Source of the DNA: Vicugna vicugna
Taxonomy: Eukaryota
Direction: 5' to 3'
DNA length: 54,306 bases
NCBI GenBank assembly: GCA_013265495.1
Contig: MU058452.1
Span: 372,001 to 426,306 of the forward strand
Position numbers and translations under genes: made by a program. Positions 37,097 to 49,950 of this stretch are shown here, in pieces. Numbering within the stretch: position 1 is the stretch's first letter; the number at the start of each line of letters is the position of its first letter. The notes beneath the pieces are model-generated. The model had not been told where the DNA came from, ran no database searches, and saw only the letters and a program-made list of their open reading frames with translations.

Positions 37097-38485
37097 AGTG
37101 TGCTTCTGCAGTTCCAAAATAAGATAAAGGTTGCTAAAAATTCAGTGTTTCCTTCTAGTAGCTAGAAGGAAAATGCATATCAAGTTTTACTTTGAGGTCA
37201 GTGCTTTTTTTTCATATATATTAAGACATGATGGAATTATTTAATTACCATTGCTAGCAAGTTTACAGACAAGCACACCCCTATCGTATTGCATATCCGC
37301 AAACAGGATTATTTACATCCAATCTAAGGACTGCTGACTGGTGTCGTTGGAAGCTGACGCTGTATCAGCATTTAAATTCCCACTTTTCTGGGCAAAAACC
37401 CAACTGAATGATTCAATTAAACTCTTTATGTTATATATTATCCCGAAGTTCACAATATAAAGTGATTCTCCCAGTCTGAACCCCTGCCTTTATGATTGCA
37501 ATTTGGTAGCAAGACAATTTCCAAGGACTATTTTACTTGAACTGCAATGAAAACGTCAGGCTGTAACACACTTTGTGAGGTGGCTTTTATGAATGGCACT
37601 CCAAAATCAACCATTATTTCAAGCACATGCAATAAATAACCTTCATTATTCATCAGAGTGTAAATATGCATTTGTGTTTGCAAATATGGCAGTTTCCTGA
37701 GCAAAGCAACCAGCAACAAATGGACATCAGCCTCTTTAATTGATAAAGACCATCTCCTGAGACACAAACAGCTCATTCTTAAGCATAGACTGCTTATTGT
37801 CTGTGTGCAGTACCTAGGAGTGTGTCATATGGTAGATACTCAAATAATGCGTATTGAATAAATGAGACTTAGATCCCTTAGTGACCTAAGGAGATGTGAT
37901 TTTTTTTCCCAATGATTCTAAAGGATTTTATTCTCTGTTTCTTTTGAAATTATCCCACCCCCTCAAACTCTTTTGATAGAATTAATCAATTAGATAGACT
38001 TAGTGTACTGTAGTCCAGAGACTGACGTGCTGTAGAATTTCTTTCTCTGAAGATGCCATTGCCAGTTGCCTAAGACAACTTTTTAAGACAGAGAAAGCTG
38101 AAAATACTTATACTGAGATTCCAAAAGCATATAAATGCAAAAATAATATATCAACAATACTGGATGCATAAATCCAAGATGTCCGGTTAAGCCATTTGGT
38201 GTCATTTGCTTCTGGCATTTAGGAGAGACATTTTTCTGTTCTAACTCCTGCTCCTCAGATGGGTTTTTCTGCCAATCTAATATTTCTTGCTACTGCCTCC
38301 TGGGCTGGGAGAGACATCTCAGTCTCCTGTGTGTGACTGTAACTTCACCACTTCAGCTTCCTCATTAGAATTATGCTGGGTGGTTGGTTTGTCCAAGCAT
38401 TTATCCATAAAAATGTATCCTATTATCATGTCTGATGTCATGTGTCATCTCTGTGCTACACACTTGGGATACACAGAGGAGTAAC

Positions 38486-38860
38486 TGCTATGGACTAAAT
38501 ATTTGTGTCCCCTCAAAATTCATACAAGGAAGCCCTAACCCCCAATGTGATGATCTGTTGGTATTTGGAGGTGGGGAAGAGATTGGCTTTAGACAAGGCC
38601 ATGGGTGGGGCCCTTATGATGGGATTGGTGCCCTTATAAGAAGAGGAAGAGAACCAGATCTTCTTTTCTCCACCATGGAAGGACATAGATAGAAGTTGGT
38701 GGTCTGCAAGCCAGGAAGAAGGCTCTCACCATAAACTGGACCATACTGGTACCCTGATCTGGGACTGGTAACCTCCAAAACTGAGTTAAATTAATTTCTG
38801 TCATTTAAGCCACCCACCATCTGTGGCATTTTGTTCTAGCAGCCAGAGCAGACTAAGACG
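38486..38860 (+). mobile_element. MaLR solo LTR (MLT1A-type)
   Basis: TGCTATGGACTAAATATTTGTGTCCCCTCAAAATTCATA...GTGCCCTTATAAGAAGAG...TTTAAGCCACCCA...GCAGACTAAGAC. Confidence 0.9.
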
Positions 38861-38879
38861 TACTCTAAAGGGGCTCTAC

Positions 38880-39275
38880 CTCTCAGTGCCTAGGGTTGAT
38901 ACATAACATCATATTCAATGCAGTAATGTCATAACTCCAGAGAAGAGAGAAGTTAACTCTGGAGCAGTCACAGATGAGTGAATGTTTATGATCAGTTTTG
39001 AAGGCATGTGCTAAAAAGAGAAATTTCTTGGGGTGAATTCTGGGCAGAAGATGCAGCATGTGCAAAAGTCTGGAGTCATGGAAAGGTGTGAATTCAGGAA
39101 CCAGTCGAACGTTTAGAGTAGGTAAGATACAGATTTGGTCAGAACAGAGATGAAGATGGAAAGATAGGTCAGTCAGATTGAGAAAGGTCAGGGATTCTTT
39201 GATAAGGAATTTAGGCTTCATCCCATCCCATTCAAAAAAGGAAGAGTCCCTGTGGATTCTTAAGCAAGCAAGCAA
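38880..39275 (-). mobile_element. L2 fragment (appears to resume at ~39830-39990)
   Basis: TTCTGGGCAGAAGATGCAGCATGTGCAAAAGTCTGGAG...TAAGGAATTTAGGCTTCATCC. Confidence 0.75.
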
Positions 39276-39283
39276 CAAGGGTA

Positions 39284-39825
39284 ATTTTATTTTTATCATG
39301 ATATGAACACTCAATGTGAGATCTACCCCCTTAATAGATTTTAAATATACTGTATGGCTCACTAAAGGCACACAGGTATACAGAAGATCTCCAGAATTTA
39401 AACATCTTGCATAACTGAAACTTTACACCTGTTGAATAGCAACTCCCCATCTCCCCCTCCCCTCAGTTACCAGTTCTGTGTCTGCTTTTGTACATTTGAC
39501 TATGTTCTTTTCCTCATATAAGTGGAATTGTGCAGTATTTGTCCCTCTATGACCAATTTATTTCACTTTAAAGTCCTCAAGGTTTACCCTTGTAGTTATG
39601 AATAGCAGGATGTTCTTCCTTTTTTAGGTTTGAATGATATTCTATCATTATGTATACACCACATTTTCTTTTTTCCATTCATCTGTTGATGGACATTAGG
39701 TTGTTCTCACAAAGCTATTGTTAACAAGGCTGCAGTGGACACGGGAGTGGAAATATCTCTTCAAGATCCTGAGATCAGTGCTTTCAGATAAAGACTCAGA
39801 AGTGGGATTGCTGGCTCAGAGGGTA
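39284..39825 (-). mobile_element. L1MA9/10-L1MB1-type LINE-1 3' end
   Basis: GAGATCTACCCCCTTAA...CATCTTGCATAACTGAAACTTTA...CTCATATAAGTGGAAT...CCATTCATCTGTTGATGGACA...CAGAAGTGGGATTGCTGG. Confidence 0.9.
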
Positions 39826-41225
39826 AGGGTCTCTTTCTTAAGGATGATCTCCCAAAGGCAAGGGTGAGACAGATGACACTGAAGCTGGTTAGAAGGCTGT
39901 TAAATTAGTCTCTGGGGAAGAGAATGAGAGCCTGGCCAGCACAAAGGTGATGGAAAGGAGCCTACAGACTTGGGTTGATCTCTATAGGACTGGCTTCTCG
40001 TGCAAGACAAGGAGTCAGCTGTCTACCCTTCTCTGGTTGCCAGAAGGTTCTCTGTCCCCAGACTTCTCCCTTTGCCAAAGTACCTGATAATCCCACTGCA
40101 TCCCACTCAAATCAATTCAAGAAGAAAAGGTCCCTTGAAACAAAATAAAACAAAACAAAAACAGGTTTCTGCGAGGCATGGCGCATTATCAATAATATCA
40201 CTTTACATTGGCCTGGTGAAAGCATTGCCCAAAGTCTGCTCTGGGGGACCCTAGTGTCTGTCAGATGTTAATATTTATTACATTCAACAAACAGACAGAC
40301 AAAAAGGATTTGTGATGAAATTTCTTGGGGAACTCTCTGGGTCAAACAGATTTATTTGCTGCAAGATTTTTAAGCCTCTAATTCCTATAGTGCACTATAA
40401 ATGCCAAAAAGAGGGAGAGGGTGTGCATTTTCCCTCAAGCGAATCAGGCCGCAGAAACTTTTTTTCATGGAACTTCTCCCATGAACGTGGTTTTAAGGGA
40501 CCGTTCTGAAAAATTCCGATGTGCAGAAGGCTTTGTAGTTAACAAAGAACTTCCCCTCAAGAGTTCCATAATCTGGGCAAGGCAAACTTTCCTGTGGATA
40601 TCTTAGCAGAATGGCTGGGGCTTTATTCTTTCCCACAAAGCTTCCAAGAGGAAGAACTAGGTTTGAACCCAAATTTTCCTGACTCCTGATCTAAGGATCT
40701 TCCTGCCGTACCACAAAAACCATTGGCACCATAGGTAAGAGCAGGGGACTGAAGGGAGCCACAGGTACAGTAAGTGGGTGGGGCTCAGGACCATGGGGCT
40801 AAGGAGGTGGAGGAAAAAAGAATGGAAAGAGTTAGACGTCCATGTCATCCATGTAAAATCTTAGGGGAGTCACTACCGCGTCAGATGGAGCTGGTGGCTT
40901 ACGGGTCCTTGTTTCTTTGTGCATTCACTTATTTGTTCAACAGACACTTAGGAAGACATAGGGGTCCAGTCATAGTGTCCTCCCAGCCTGGATGTGGCTC
41001 TGACTCTCCCCAAAGCTACTTCACAAGAGGTCTTTAAGCTGAGGACTCTCTCTGGCTAGGTGGCACTTATAATATGATAGGTCACCTCATTCTGAAACTA
41101 ATCTCTCCAAATTGGATGAGGAAGGTTATGCCGTAATTATGCAAATTTGGATGGGAAGCTGGGTATCACACAGACCCTGCCTGCAAACTCTCACCAGAAT
41201 ACCATTGTTCAGGCAGTCACTGGTT

Positions 41226-41229
<4 letters not shown>

Positions 41230-41256
<27 letters not shown>
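41230..41256. repeat. (TG)n microsatellite
   Basis: Direct. Confidence 0.95.
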
Positions 41257-42002
41257 ACATAAAACTCAAAGGAGCTCACAACTATCATAAGAAGAAAACG
41301 TACTCCTTTCTCAATAAGAAGCATTATGAAATAGCTTCGTTTACGGGAGTGAAGTCCCAGGAAGTCATCTCTGTGATCAGCGTCTGCATCCTCTCGGGGA
41401 TTTGTCACAAACGGATTCGACACAAAAGTTATCTGGAAAAATTAAGCTCTCAAAGAAATCTTGGCAGTCCTCTACCTTTTTCCTGGATTTCAGGGAATGA
41501 TTTTGTTTTGTGATCTCTTAAGTCCGTAACAATTTGCTATTTCTAATTTATTGCTTCATTTGTGACTGCTGCTACAGCAAGGTAAATTTATTCTGATTTG
41601 CACAACCTAAGTCCTTCCTCTGACAGTGACTAATTATTACCTGAGTTAAAATAATGAAAGTGTCGGAAAGTGTCCGAATGCAATTTGTTAGGAAAACATG
41701 TGGCACGCTGTGTTACCCCAAGTCCAGAAAAGCCTAAGTGATCAGAAACCATGGAGAATTAAGAAATGTTCTTTGTTTTTTTCCCCCCCCTCAAAGGTTA
41801 TAAATCAATGTAGAAAATTTTAAGAACTTTCATGGCAAAGAACTGAATTTGGCAACATAAGGTGTATTTGTGGATTCTTCAATATCTTGTATCTTAATAA
41901 AAGTGACTCTTTAAGGAAATTTGATGGAAAATGACGCAATAACATTAAAGGGGTAAAGAGAATGAATATTTGGTGAATGCCTGCTATGGCCTTGTGACTT
42001 CA

Positions 42003-42472
42003 TGTAACTGAGCAGGACCCTGCGGGGCCCTCCAGGGTCAGACTCCCCTCCCCCATGTCCTCTGCTGGAGCCCCTGTCTGAAGTACCCAGATAACAGAAT
42101 CTCATGTATATTCCCTGAGTTTTTCAGATGCTAAAAGCCACCACCAAAGGGAAGAAATTAACTACTTGATCATTGAGAGCGCATGGCCTCCAGACATTCT
42201 GGCGCCTCGCGGTGGAGAGTGCTGACTTTAGCGTCAACCGAAGAATTGTGCACCAGCTGATCAGGTACCCTGTGATCCTCCCCCACACACCTTACCTGGC
42301 CTTTAAATATACCTTGCGGGAACGCTGTGAGGAGTCTGAGGTTTTCTTGGGCATGAGCCACCCCATCTTCCTTGCTCCGCCCTGCAATAAACTTTTCTAT
42401 GATCCAAACTCCGATGTTTCAGTTTGTTTAGTCTCATGGTGCGTCGGGCACATGAGCTTGCCTTCAGTAACA
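42003..42472 (+). mobile_element. ERV1-class solo LTR, 470 bp, intact ends
   Basis: TGTAACTGA...TCAGTAACA termini (8/9 inverted match), perfect 4-bp TSD TTCA (41999-42002, 42473-42476), TATA-like TTTAAATA 42302, AATAAA 42386. Confidence 0.93.
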
Positions 42473-43645
42473 TTCACTCTCCTAGACACGCCAGGTGCTT
42501 CAGCTCATTTAATTTTCATAATTCTTTATGGACTCATTTGAAATTGTATTTTATTCGCCAGCGTACAGAAACTCAGGGTTTATGTAATTGTCTCAAAGAC
42601 AAGCTGATAAGTATTAGAGCTGTATTTCAAACACCAATTTCTCCGTTTCAAGAGCTGCCATACCAAGATTCCACTTAAAGTTGATTTCATTTAACATGTG
42701 CAGCAATTTAAAATATAAAATTACCCAATAGAGCTTCTATTCAAGAAGCTAGAAGTATGGAACCACATGTCTGTACAAGAGAATCAATTATTAAAACAAG
42801 GGGTGATAAACGCAGACCTGAAATGACTACCAGAATTTGGTAGAGAAACATGAGAACCAAAGAATTCCTCACATGTATCATTTCCGAAAACAATATCTGG
42901 CCAAAGGTTGTATTCTTTCTGACTTCCAACTGCTCTGTAATGTAGTGACTTAGTCTCCAAATATTTATTCTTTTAATTTCAAGTCTTTCTTTAAAGACTT
43001 ATGATCCAAATATGTTAGACACGTCAGGATTACTCCAGGTAAAGTATATGTAATTATAATAATAATTATGATAATGATGAAACCAAGTTTCCAAAAGGGG
43101 CTTCATTTAAATTAACAGTATAATTTTTATGTGCACAGTAAATTTATAAAAAAGCACTAACTAAATTTTGGCATTTTTAAACATGTAACAATGTAACAAT
43201 GATGTGTTTATGCTGGAAGCTCTGCTTTTTCATGTTAAAAACCCTGTTACATTATTAAGATGAATACTTAAATACCTCTCCATTAAGATACTTCTTCTTA
43301 CAAGGCCCTTGAAGATGCTTCATATGCATTCTATATTTTGTGTTAACCAATATTAACCAAATATTTTTTAAAAACTTGTAGGTAATGTTCATGTGGAGGG
43401 AGAATTTCTTACTTTAATTATGGTTTTAATTGTAAATAATTTAAAGAAGTCATCTCCAGAGTATTCACCCACAGGGTGCCAATAGATGTTCTAGATGTGA
43501 CGGAAGCTTTACCAGTACAACATATTGATGATATCTGGCTCTCACTGCCTTCATCATTTCTTAAAAGAGCCTGCTCGCAACATGGTTAAACACAAATAAT
43601 TCTCTATGGAAAAATTCATTTTCAACCCAAATATTCACTCAGGCA

Positions 43646-44677
43646 GTGTATGTGTTATATATGTATGATGGAATATTATTCACCCCTAAAAAGGAGTGAA
43701 TTCTGACACATACATAACATGGATGAACTTTGAGGACAGCACAGCAAAAGGAACTTTGAGGACAGCACAGCAAAAGAAACCATAAGTAAAACAAAATGAC
43801 AACCTATGGAATGGGAGAAATTTTTGCAAATGATGAAACTGACAAAAGCTTGATCTCCAGAATATATAAGCAGCTCATATGACATAATAAGAAAAAAAAA
43901 ACAATCCAAAAATGGGTAGAAGACCTAAAAAAGCAATTTTCCAAGGAAGAAATACAAATGATCAATAGGCACATGAAAAAATGCTCAGTATCACTAATTA
44001 TCAGAGAAATGCAAATCAAAACTACAATGAGGTATCACCTCACACCAGTCAGAATGGTGCTCATTCAAAAGTCCACAAATCACAAATGCTGGAGAGGCTG
44101 TGGAGAAATGGGAACCCTCCTACGCTGCTGGTGGGAATGTAGTTTGGTGCAGCCACTGTGGGAAACAGTATGAAGATTCCTCAAAAGACTAGGAATAGAC
44201 TTACCATATGACCCAGGAATCCCGCTCCTGGGCTTATATCCAGAAGGAACCCTACTTCAGGATGACACCTGCACCCCAATGTTCACTATTTACAATAGCC
44301 AAGACACTCCCTAAAAAGGAGTGAATTCTGACACATACATGACATGGATGAACTTTGAGGATATTATACTAAGTGAAATAAACCAGATACCAAAAGCCAA
44401 ATACTGGATGATTCTACATACACATCTGAGGTGCCTAGAAGAGTCAAATTCATAGAAGCAGAAAGTAAAACTGTGATTTCAGGGGCTGGAAGGAGGGAGG
44501 GATGGAAAGTTATTATTTACTGGGTGGAGCCTCAGCTAGAGAAGGGAAAACATTTCTGGAACTGGGTGGGGGTGATGGAGATACACAACAATGTGAGTGA
44601 GCTTCATGCCACCAACTGTCCACTTAAAAAGGGTTAAATAGTGCATTTTTTTATGTTATGTATGTTTTACCACAATT
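43646..44677 (+). mobile_element. L1MB-type 3' end (host element), split by a younger L1 insert
   Basis: ATGGAATATTATTCA...CATGGATGAACTTTGAGGA|TATTATACTAAGTGAAATAAACCAGA...GTCAAATTCATAGAAGCAGAAAGTA...TTTTACCACAATT. Confidence 0.88.
43737..44306 (+). mobile_element. Younger L1 ORF2 C-terminal fragment (no 3' UTR or poly-A)
   Basis: ORF 43958-44173 reads ...[18 protein letters not shown]...[18 protein letters not shown]..., the L1 ORF2p Cys-rich domain with CCHC His changed to Arg; the frame ends in a stop at 44171-44173. Confidence 0.95.
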
Positions 44678-44879
44678 GAATATAGCTGATAATCAGTTCC
44701 AGAAATCTATGGTCTTGCAAATTCCTTCCTAAAATATATTTTCTGGTAGAAAACAAGTGAGGATAGGGTCAAAGGAAAGGAAAATTCCAAAGCTGGGCAA
44801 CATATTTTAAACAAAGTATTTGTTTAAACACTGGGCTGTTGAAGAGATAATATATTCATATGATAAGGAATGTAAATTT

Positions 44880-45240
44880 TTCAACAGGGTTCGTGGTAAA
44901 ACTCAAGTCTCTCTAGATCTCTTGTCATTGGAGGTAGCCATTATTATCACTTTTTGGTATAGTCTTCCGAGAGATTCTTTCATAAATATAAAAGCATTTG
45001 TGCACTTTTTTTTTAACTCGAATAGGAGTGTTCCTTGCTTTCTTCACATGAGAAATCTTGGAAATTCTCCATTTGTAATACTGCCTCATTCTTTGTAATG
45101 ACTGCAGGACTATTTCATTATATGAACATATCGTACTTGATTTCACTGTCTCCTGTGGGTGAATATCAAGATTTGTTTCCAACATTTTGGAGTCACAAGT
45201 GATTCTTCTGTGAACGTCGTTGGATGAACTCTACTTCCCA
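44880..45240 (-). mobile_element. Ancient L1M fragment
   Basis: CCTCATTCTTTGTAATGACTGCAG...TATTTCATTATATGAACATATC...TTGTTTCCAACATTTTG. Confidence 0.65.
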
Positions 45241-45249
45241 TTGTGGGAA

Positions 45250-45730
45250 CTTCTTCAGCTTTCTAAGCCTCAGTTCCCTTGCTTGTAAAATACATAGAAT
45301 TATGTATTTTATACATATTTTAAAAAATTTTGCCCGCAAATGAACAACCCACAGAAAGTGCTGAGCCCCGTGTGGGGTTTATGGTGTGTATTCAGTAAAT
45401 GCCACTTCCTGTCCCCTTCTCTGTAGTTCCAAGTAGTATTTCCAGGATAAAATAATCACATGTGGAAATGAATGACCTAATGAAAGGAGATGGAGATCTA
45501 AGATTCTAGATGGTATAAGGGAGGTTAAGAGCATATTCTGATAGATCCTAACTACATGGATTCTATCCAAGCCTTGCTACTCACTAAGCATGTAACACTA
45601 TAACCCCATGCTTTCATTTCTCCTACGCCCAGTACCATGGAGATAACCAAGGTACCAATTCACACAGATGCATGGTTGGAGGAAATTGTGCACGTGCAAT
45701 GCTTTTCATAATGTAAGCCCTCAGAAAATG
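45250..45730 (+). mobile_element. MIR SINE fragments (two)
   Basis: TTTCTAAGCCTCAGTTCCCTTGCTTGTAAAAT; GAGGTTAAGAGCAT...GCCTTGCTACTCACTAAGCATGTAAC. Confidence 0.65.
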
Positions 45731-46770
45731 AAAGTTGATGAAAGAATTTATTGGCATGTGAAGGAAGCTGCTCTTATTCATTTGCTATAAGCAAACTGGG
45801 TTCTTATTCTGCATTTAACTACCTGAAAAACTGTAAAGAGCTCTGGAAATGAGTGCCTATTTAATTATTAATTATTAGATAGTCTAAAAGTCTATCTAAA
45901 GAGAGTGTCAATCATTGGTTTATAGACTTGGGGCATGTTAGCATAGGGAGAAAACTATCATCACATCCTTCCTTTTTGAGTGGCATGGTAAACAGAAACT
46001 AACTGGCCAGTTCTGGTGTATTTAATGTGTTTGGGCACTCTGTAAAATCTGCTTTAACACTAAATATCTATTGAATATTTCCTCTGAAAGCAGGTCTTAT
46101 TATTAGATTATAGTATACGAGATGAGACCAGTCAATAAGGACTTTTTTTTCCCACCTGCTTGCCAATGGAAATACCTCTTTTTAAATTACTCCAAGACCT
46201 TCTTTGTGGGAGGCTGGGGAAAATATGCCCATGAATCATAAAAATGACAAGCCCTGGGGCTGGGTGGGCTTGGTGTAAGGGATGCAAAGAAAAAAAGATA
46301 AAGGTGCACTACAGGTATGCAGAAACAGGGGGAATTAAAGATAAATAAAAGAAACGGTTATTGGATAAGAAGGGTGAGGCAGCATAGTACACTCAGAATG
46401 CAAAAACAAAACCACAAAATGAATTAAAAAAAAAAAAAGCACTTGACCTGGAGAGAATAAGAGGACAGCCTTTACTATAAATGTTAGGAGAAACAAAACA
46501 GATGATTTCATTGCATAAATGAGATTTAATTAGGCCAAAGGACGCTGTACTTTTACTCTTGCTATTATTGCCTTTATTTTTCAGTTTAATCCGTTTTCAG
46601 TCACAAAGGTTTTTTTTTTTTTCATTTTTCTTAATCTCCTATCATCACCAGTAACAGCTCACCTGTTTTAAAAATATCTTGACCCGAATAAGAAAAGCCC
46701 CTTTTGAATTAATTACTCCTCTCGGGAAAGTGAAGGTACTTCCCTTAATTCAAAGTTAAACTTGTGGAGT

Positions 46771-46773
<3 letters not shown>

Positions 46774-46810
<37 letters not shown>
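46774..46810. repeat. (CA)18 microsatellite
   Basis: Direct. Confidence 0.97.
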
Positions 46811-46811
<1 letters not shown>

Positions 46812-47855
46812 CTTACAGCTTTCCTTTGCTGGTCAAACAATCAAACAGGAGAGCGGGAAAAGGGTTGCATTTAAATATTCGTTTTGCTTATAAAGATTTT
46901 TCGTATTTCACAAAACCAAATTCTTCTGTAAGATTGACATTTTAGAAGAGGAGGGAAGGTAGACAGGTGATCTCAGAACAAAATGGATTTTGCCAACCTT
47001 CCATTTTAAAGGTCAAGGTTGTTGCAAGCTTGTATTGTGTTTTCAGTCTAAAGCTCTCGCCTTCATTTCCAGCATTCAGGAAGTGCCCATGAACAAAAGG
47101 AAGAGAATTCTTCCCTTGCCCTGGCTGGGACTTCAGATACCTGAAGAAGAGATGGAGAGATGCCTAGAACAGCAGAATGACTTCCTGTCATATGTGTCAG
47201 TCTTCCAGAGGTGGAGAGAGTTTGTTTAATTGATCAATGTTTGGATTATGGACAATTCTGGAAAAGGATGACACATTAGATGAACTTGCCTTCCAATCTA
47301 CATTGCTCCAGATGGCAGTGACCCACTGTGGCCAATGTTTATGCTCTCTCGTTCCAGGCTGATTGCACCTTGACGTTTCTGCTTTCTCCTGTCACACCAC
47401 TTCTCCCCCTGGAGTTTGTTCTTGGAGAACTTAAAGATCGGTCAAAAAGCACACACAGTCTCTTATCAACTGCGATACCCCTTGGCCAACTAAAACTAAT
47501 GTGCGTTTATCTTATTTTCTGTTCACGTGGAACCCTGACCACACAACAAGAATTCCACAGAGCTCTTGCCCACAGTCAAGGAGAGAGGAAGGAAGGAATC
47601 CCTGTCTTTTAAAGGAGATGAAATGTTTGTGTAAAAAGTTCCTAAAAGCGGCACGTTCATCAGAACAGAGTCTAATCACATTCACTTGAGGATGGTTTTA
47701 AATTTTGACCTAATTGCTCTCTAGATGCTCTCTCTACACTAACTAGCTTGGGATGTGAGTTTAATTCTTAGGATGTTTTAAATGTTACCGGAAAACATCA
47801 TCTATTATTATGATATATTCTGTGGTATTTTGTGATATCTTGCAGTGATTTGTAA

Positions 47856-48371
47856 TGTAGGAGAGGAAGAATTCTCCCTCGGCTCTCGGAGGGTCCCTGG
47901 CTAGGTCTGAAAATTAAACTGACAAAGACAGATGAACAGGAGAAGATACAAATTTATTTAATACGAATTTTATGGGACACAGGAGCCTTCATAAGGAGAG
48001 GACGATTGAAGAAAAGCTTAAACTTGAATATTTTTATGCTGGATCTGATAGAGTGGACAATCATGGAAAATGATGCTAAGTGAGAGTATGGGACAAGCGT
48101 AGGAAACAGGTAGAAATTTAGCAAGACCTACCTGTGCAGATTTTTCTTGATGTCCCTTTGTCTTCCAATAGAAGGCTGTCCCCTCCCTACGTGTAAGGAG
48201 GGCCTCTCTCACTTGACTTAGTTGAGGGTTTTATGACCCATTCAGGGGAAAAAGAGCAAGGGAAGGTCAGAGTGACTTCCCACTTCTGCTGTTCTCTCAA
48301 ACTACTTCAGTTAAAAATATTCAGTATGCTAACACGCCATATTTTGAAGTAGCAAGTCCTGTTTCCCATTG
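47856..48371 (-). mobile_element. ERV1 solo LTR (MER31/MER34/MER67 group)
   Basis: TGTAGGAGAGGAAGA...AATTAAACTGACAAAGACAGAT...ATACAAATTTATTTAATA (AATAAA on the minus strand)...GGAAGGTCAGAG...GCCATATTTTG. Confidence 0.85.
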
Positions 48372-48534
48372 TTAATATTTGAAAATTTTACAAAATTCCA
48401 ACACACAAGCTTCTGTGCTATCTTACAAATACTCAGTATGCTATAGTCTACCTTGTTACAGGCTCAATCCACACTCAGACACCCACATCCAAAGAAGATA
48501 TGACCCTATTTCTTGAACTCAAGTAAGACAGAAG

Positions 48535-48750
48535 CTAATGGAATGTTAATGTTCAGAGGGTCCTCAGAAATGATCAATAATAACTCTCTATTTTGCAAAT
48601 GGCTCAACAGGGACCCAAAACACTCAGAAAGGTGGTCGGATGTCAGACAGCTGGTTAATGGCAGAATGGAGAATGGAGAATGGAGTCCGGTCCTCCCGGG
48701 TCCCGGCCCGGCCAGTCCTCAGCTCCTGGTTTTTAGCCACCACTGGAATC
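48535..48750 (-). mobile_element. MIR SINE
   Basis: CTCTATTTTGCAAATGG...GATGTCAGACAGCTGGTTAATGGCAGAAT. Confidence 0.6.
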
Positions 48751-49950
48751 CTCCATAGAGTGGAGATGCTCAGGAAATGTCTTCAACACCATCAGATTGC
48801 ACAAAAGAAGCACGTGCAGCTGAACCACTTAGGTTCCTAATATTTGACATTTAACACCCCACCCGGAGGAATCTCTTTGACCCATCAGGGCTCCATCTGA
48901 ACCTGAAAGAAAAATGTTTATGTTGGTTATTAGACATATAGATGCCCGTCTCCCCTGCCTGCTCTCAGAGACATATGCCTCAATCGTCAGCTTCGTTTCC
49001 TGTGTTTAACCCATGCTCTGTCTCCTCTGATTGCCCCTAATGGAGCTTGACAGTTGTAGAGTTAATCTCAGCTCTGGTCTCCAGGTTTCGGCTCAGGAAA
49101 CAATCGGTCCCCAGAGTGTGCGGGCTTCTTGCAAGGCTATATTCCCCGCGGGGCCTCTCCCAGCCCAGCTGGGGAGCCTTTCCCATTGTCTGCCAAATGG
49201 ACACCAATTAAGTCAACTGTTCCCCAATTAGAATTTTGCAGAATTCCTCTTGTTCTCTTGTCCTCTGGGCTCCCGAACAGGGGTCTGTTTTTGGAATTAG
49301 TTACAAGGGGAGGAAAATAAATAAATAAATGGCAGCCCTTTCCTGTAACCCGATCCCCCTGGGTTTTCCCTGTCAGCCATTCACACAACATGATCCCGGG
49401 ATATATGGCCACGGCTTGGTAGCTCTGAGACTTAGCGTCTGCATAATCCTTCCACTGGGCTCTTCCAAGAGCAGGGCACAGAGCTATGGGCCACTGTTCC
49501 CCCAGAGGAAGGGGCACTCCGGGAGCTGAGAAGAGGCAGGGAAACTCCTCTTTGTACCAAAAATGCAGGTTGGCTTTGAAGAGATGAAAGCCGGGTGTTT
49601 TGCTTTCTGGAGGAAATGCCCCTCCATTTGGACAGCCGACTTTAAGGCAGATGTGTTCTCGTGATGAAGGATTTTGCCGAGCGCGGCATTTCCAGGCAAC
49701 GTTTAAGATGTCAATCAGTGGTGTTTGAAATCACTCAGGCTGTCACAGCTGGGTGACACTAGGGCTGAGTCGGGGAGGCTTTAGAGAATGGGGACGTTGT
49801 TGACATCAGAATGCACTTGTTTGTGAAACACAGTCAATCACAAATAATATCTTCAAAGAATTCTATTTATTGTCATATATTTTTAAGCATTTATTCAGCG
49901 TGTTCATTTGGTAGGCTCGCAGAGAACAGACAGGCATGTGGCTTCTAGCC

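Noticed and set aside
38883..39371. 162-aa minus-strand ORF
   Set aside because: Spans decayed L2 and L1 3' UTR sequence and starts at GTG
43958..44173. Zinc-knuckle-like ORF as a host gene
   Set aside because: It is an L1 ORF2p C-terminal remnant with a premature stop and a mutated CCHC His
47305..47320. CTCF-like GCTCCAGATGGCAGTG
   Set aside because: Two mismatches in the 5' core; matches of this quality occur by chance in 54 kb
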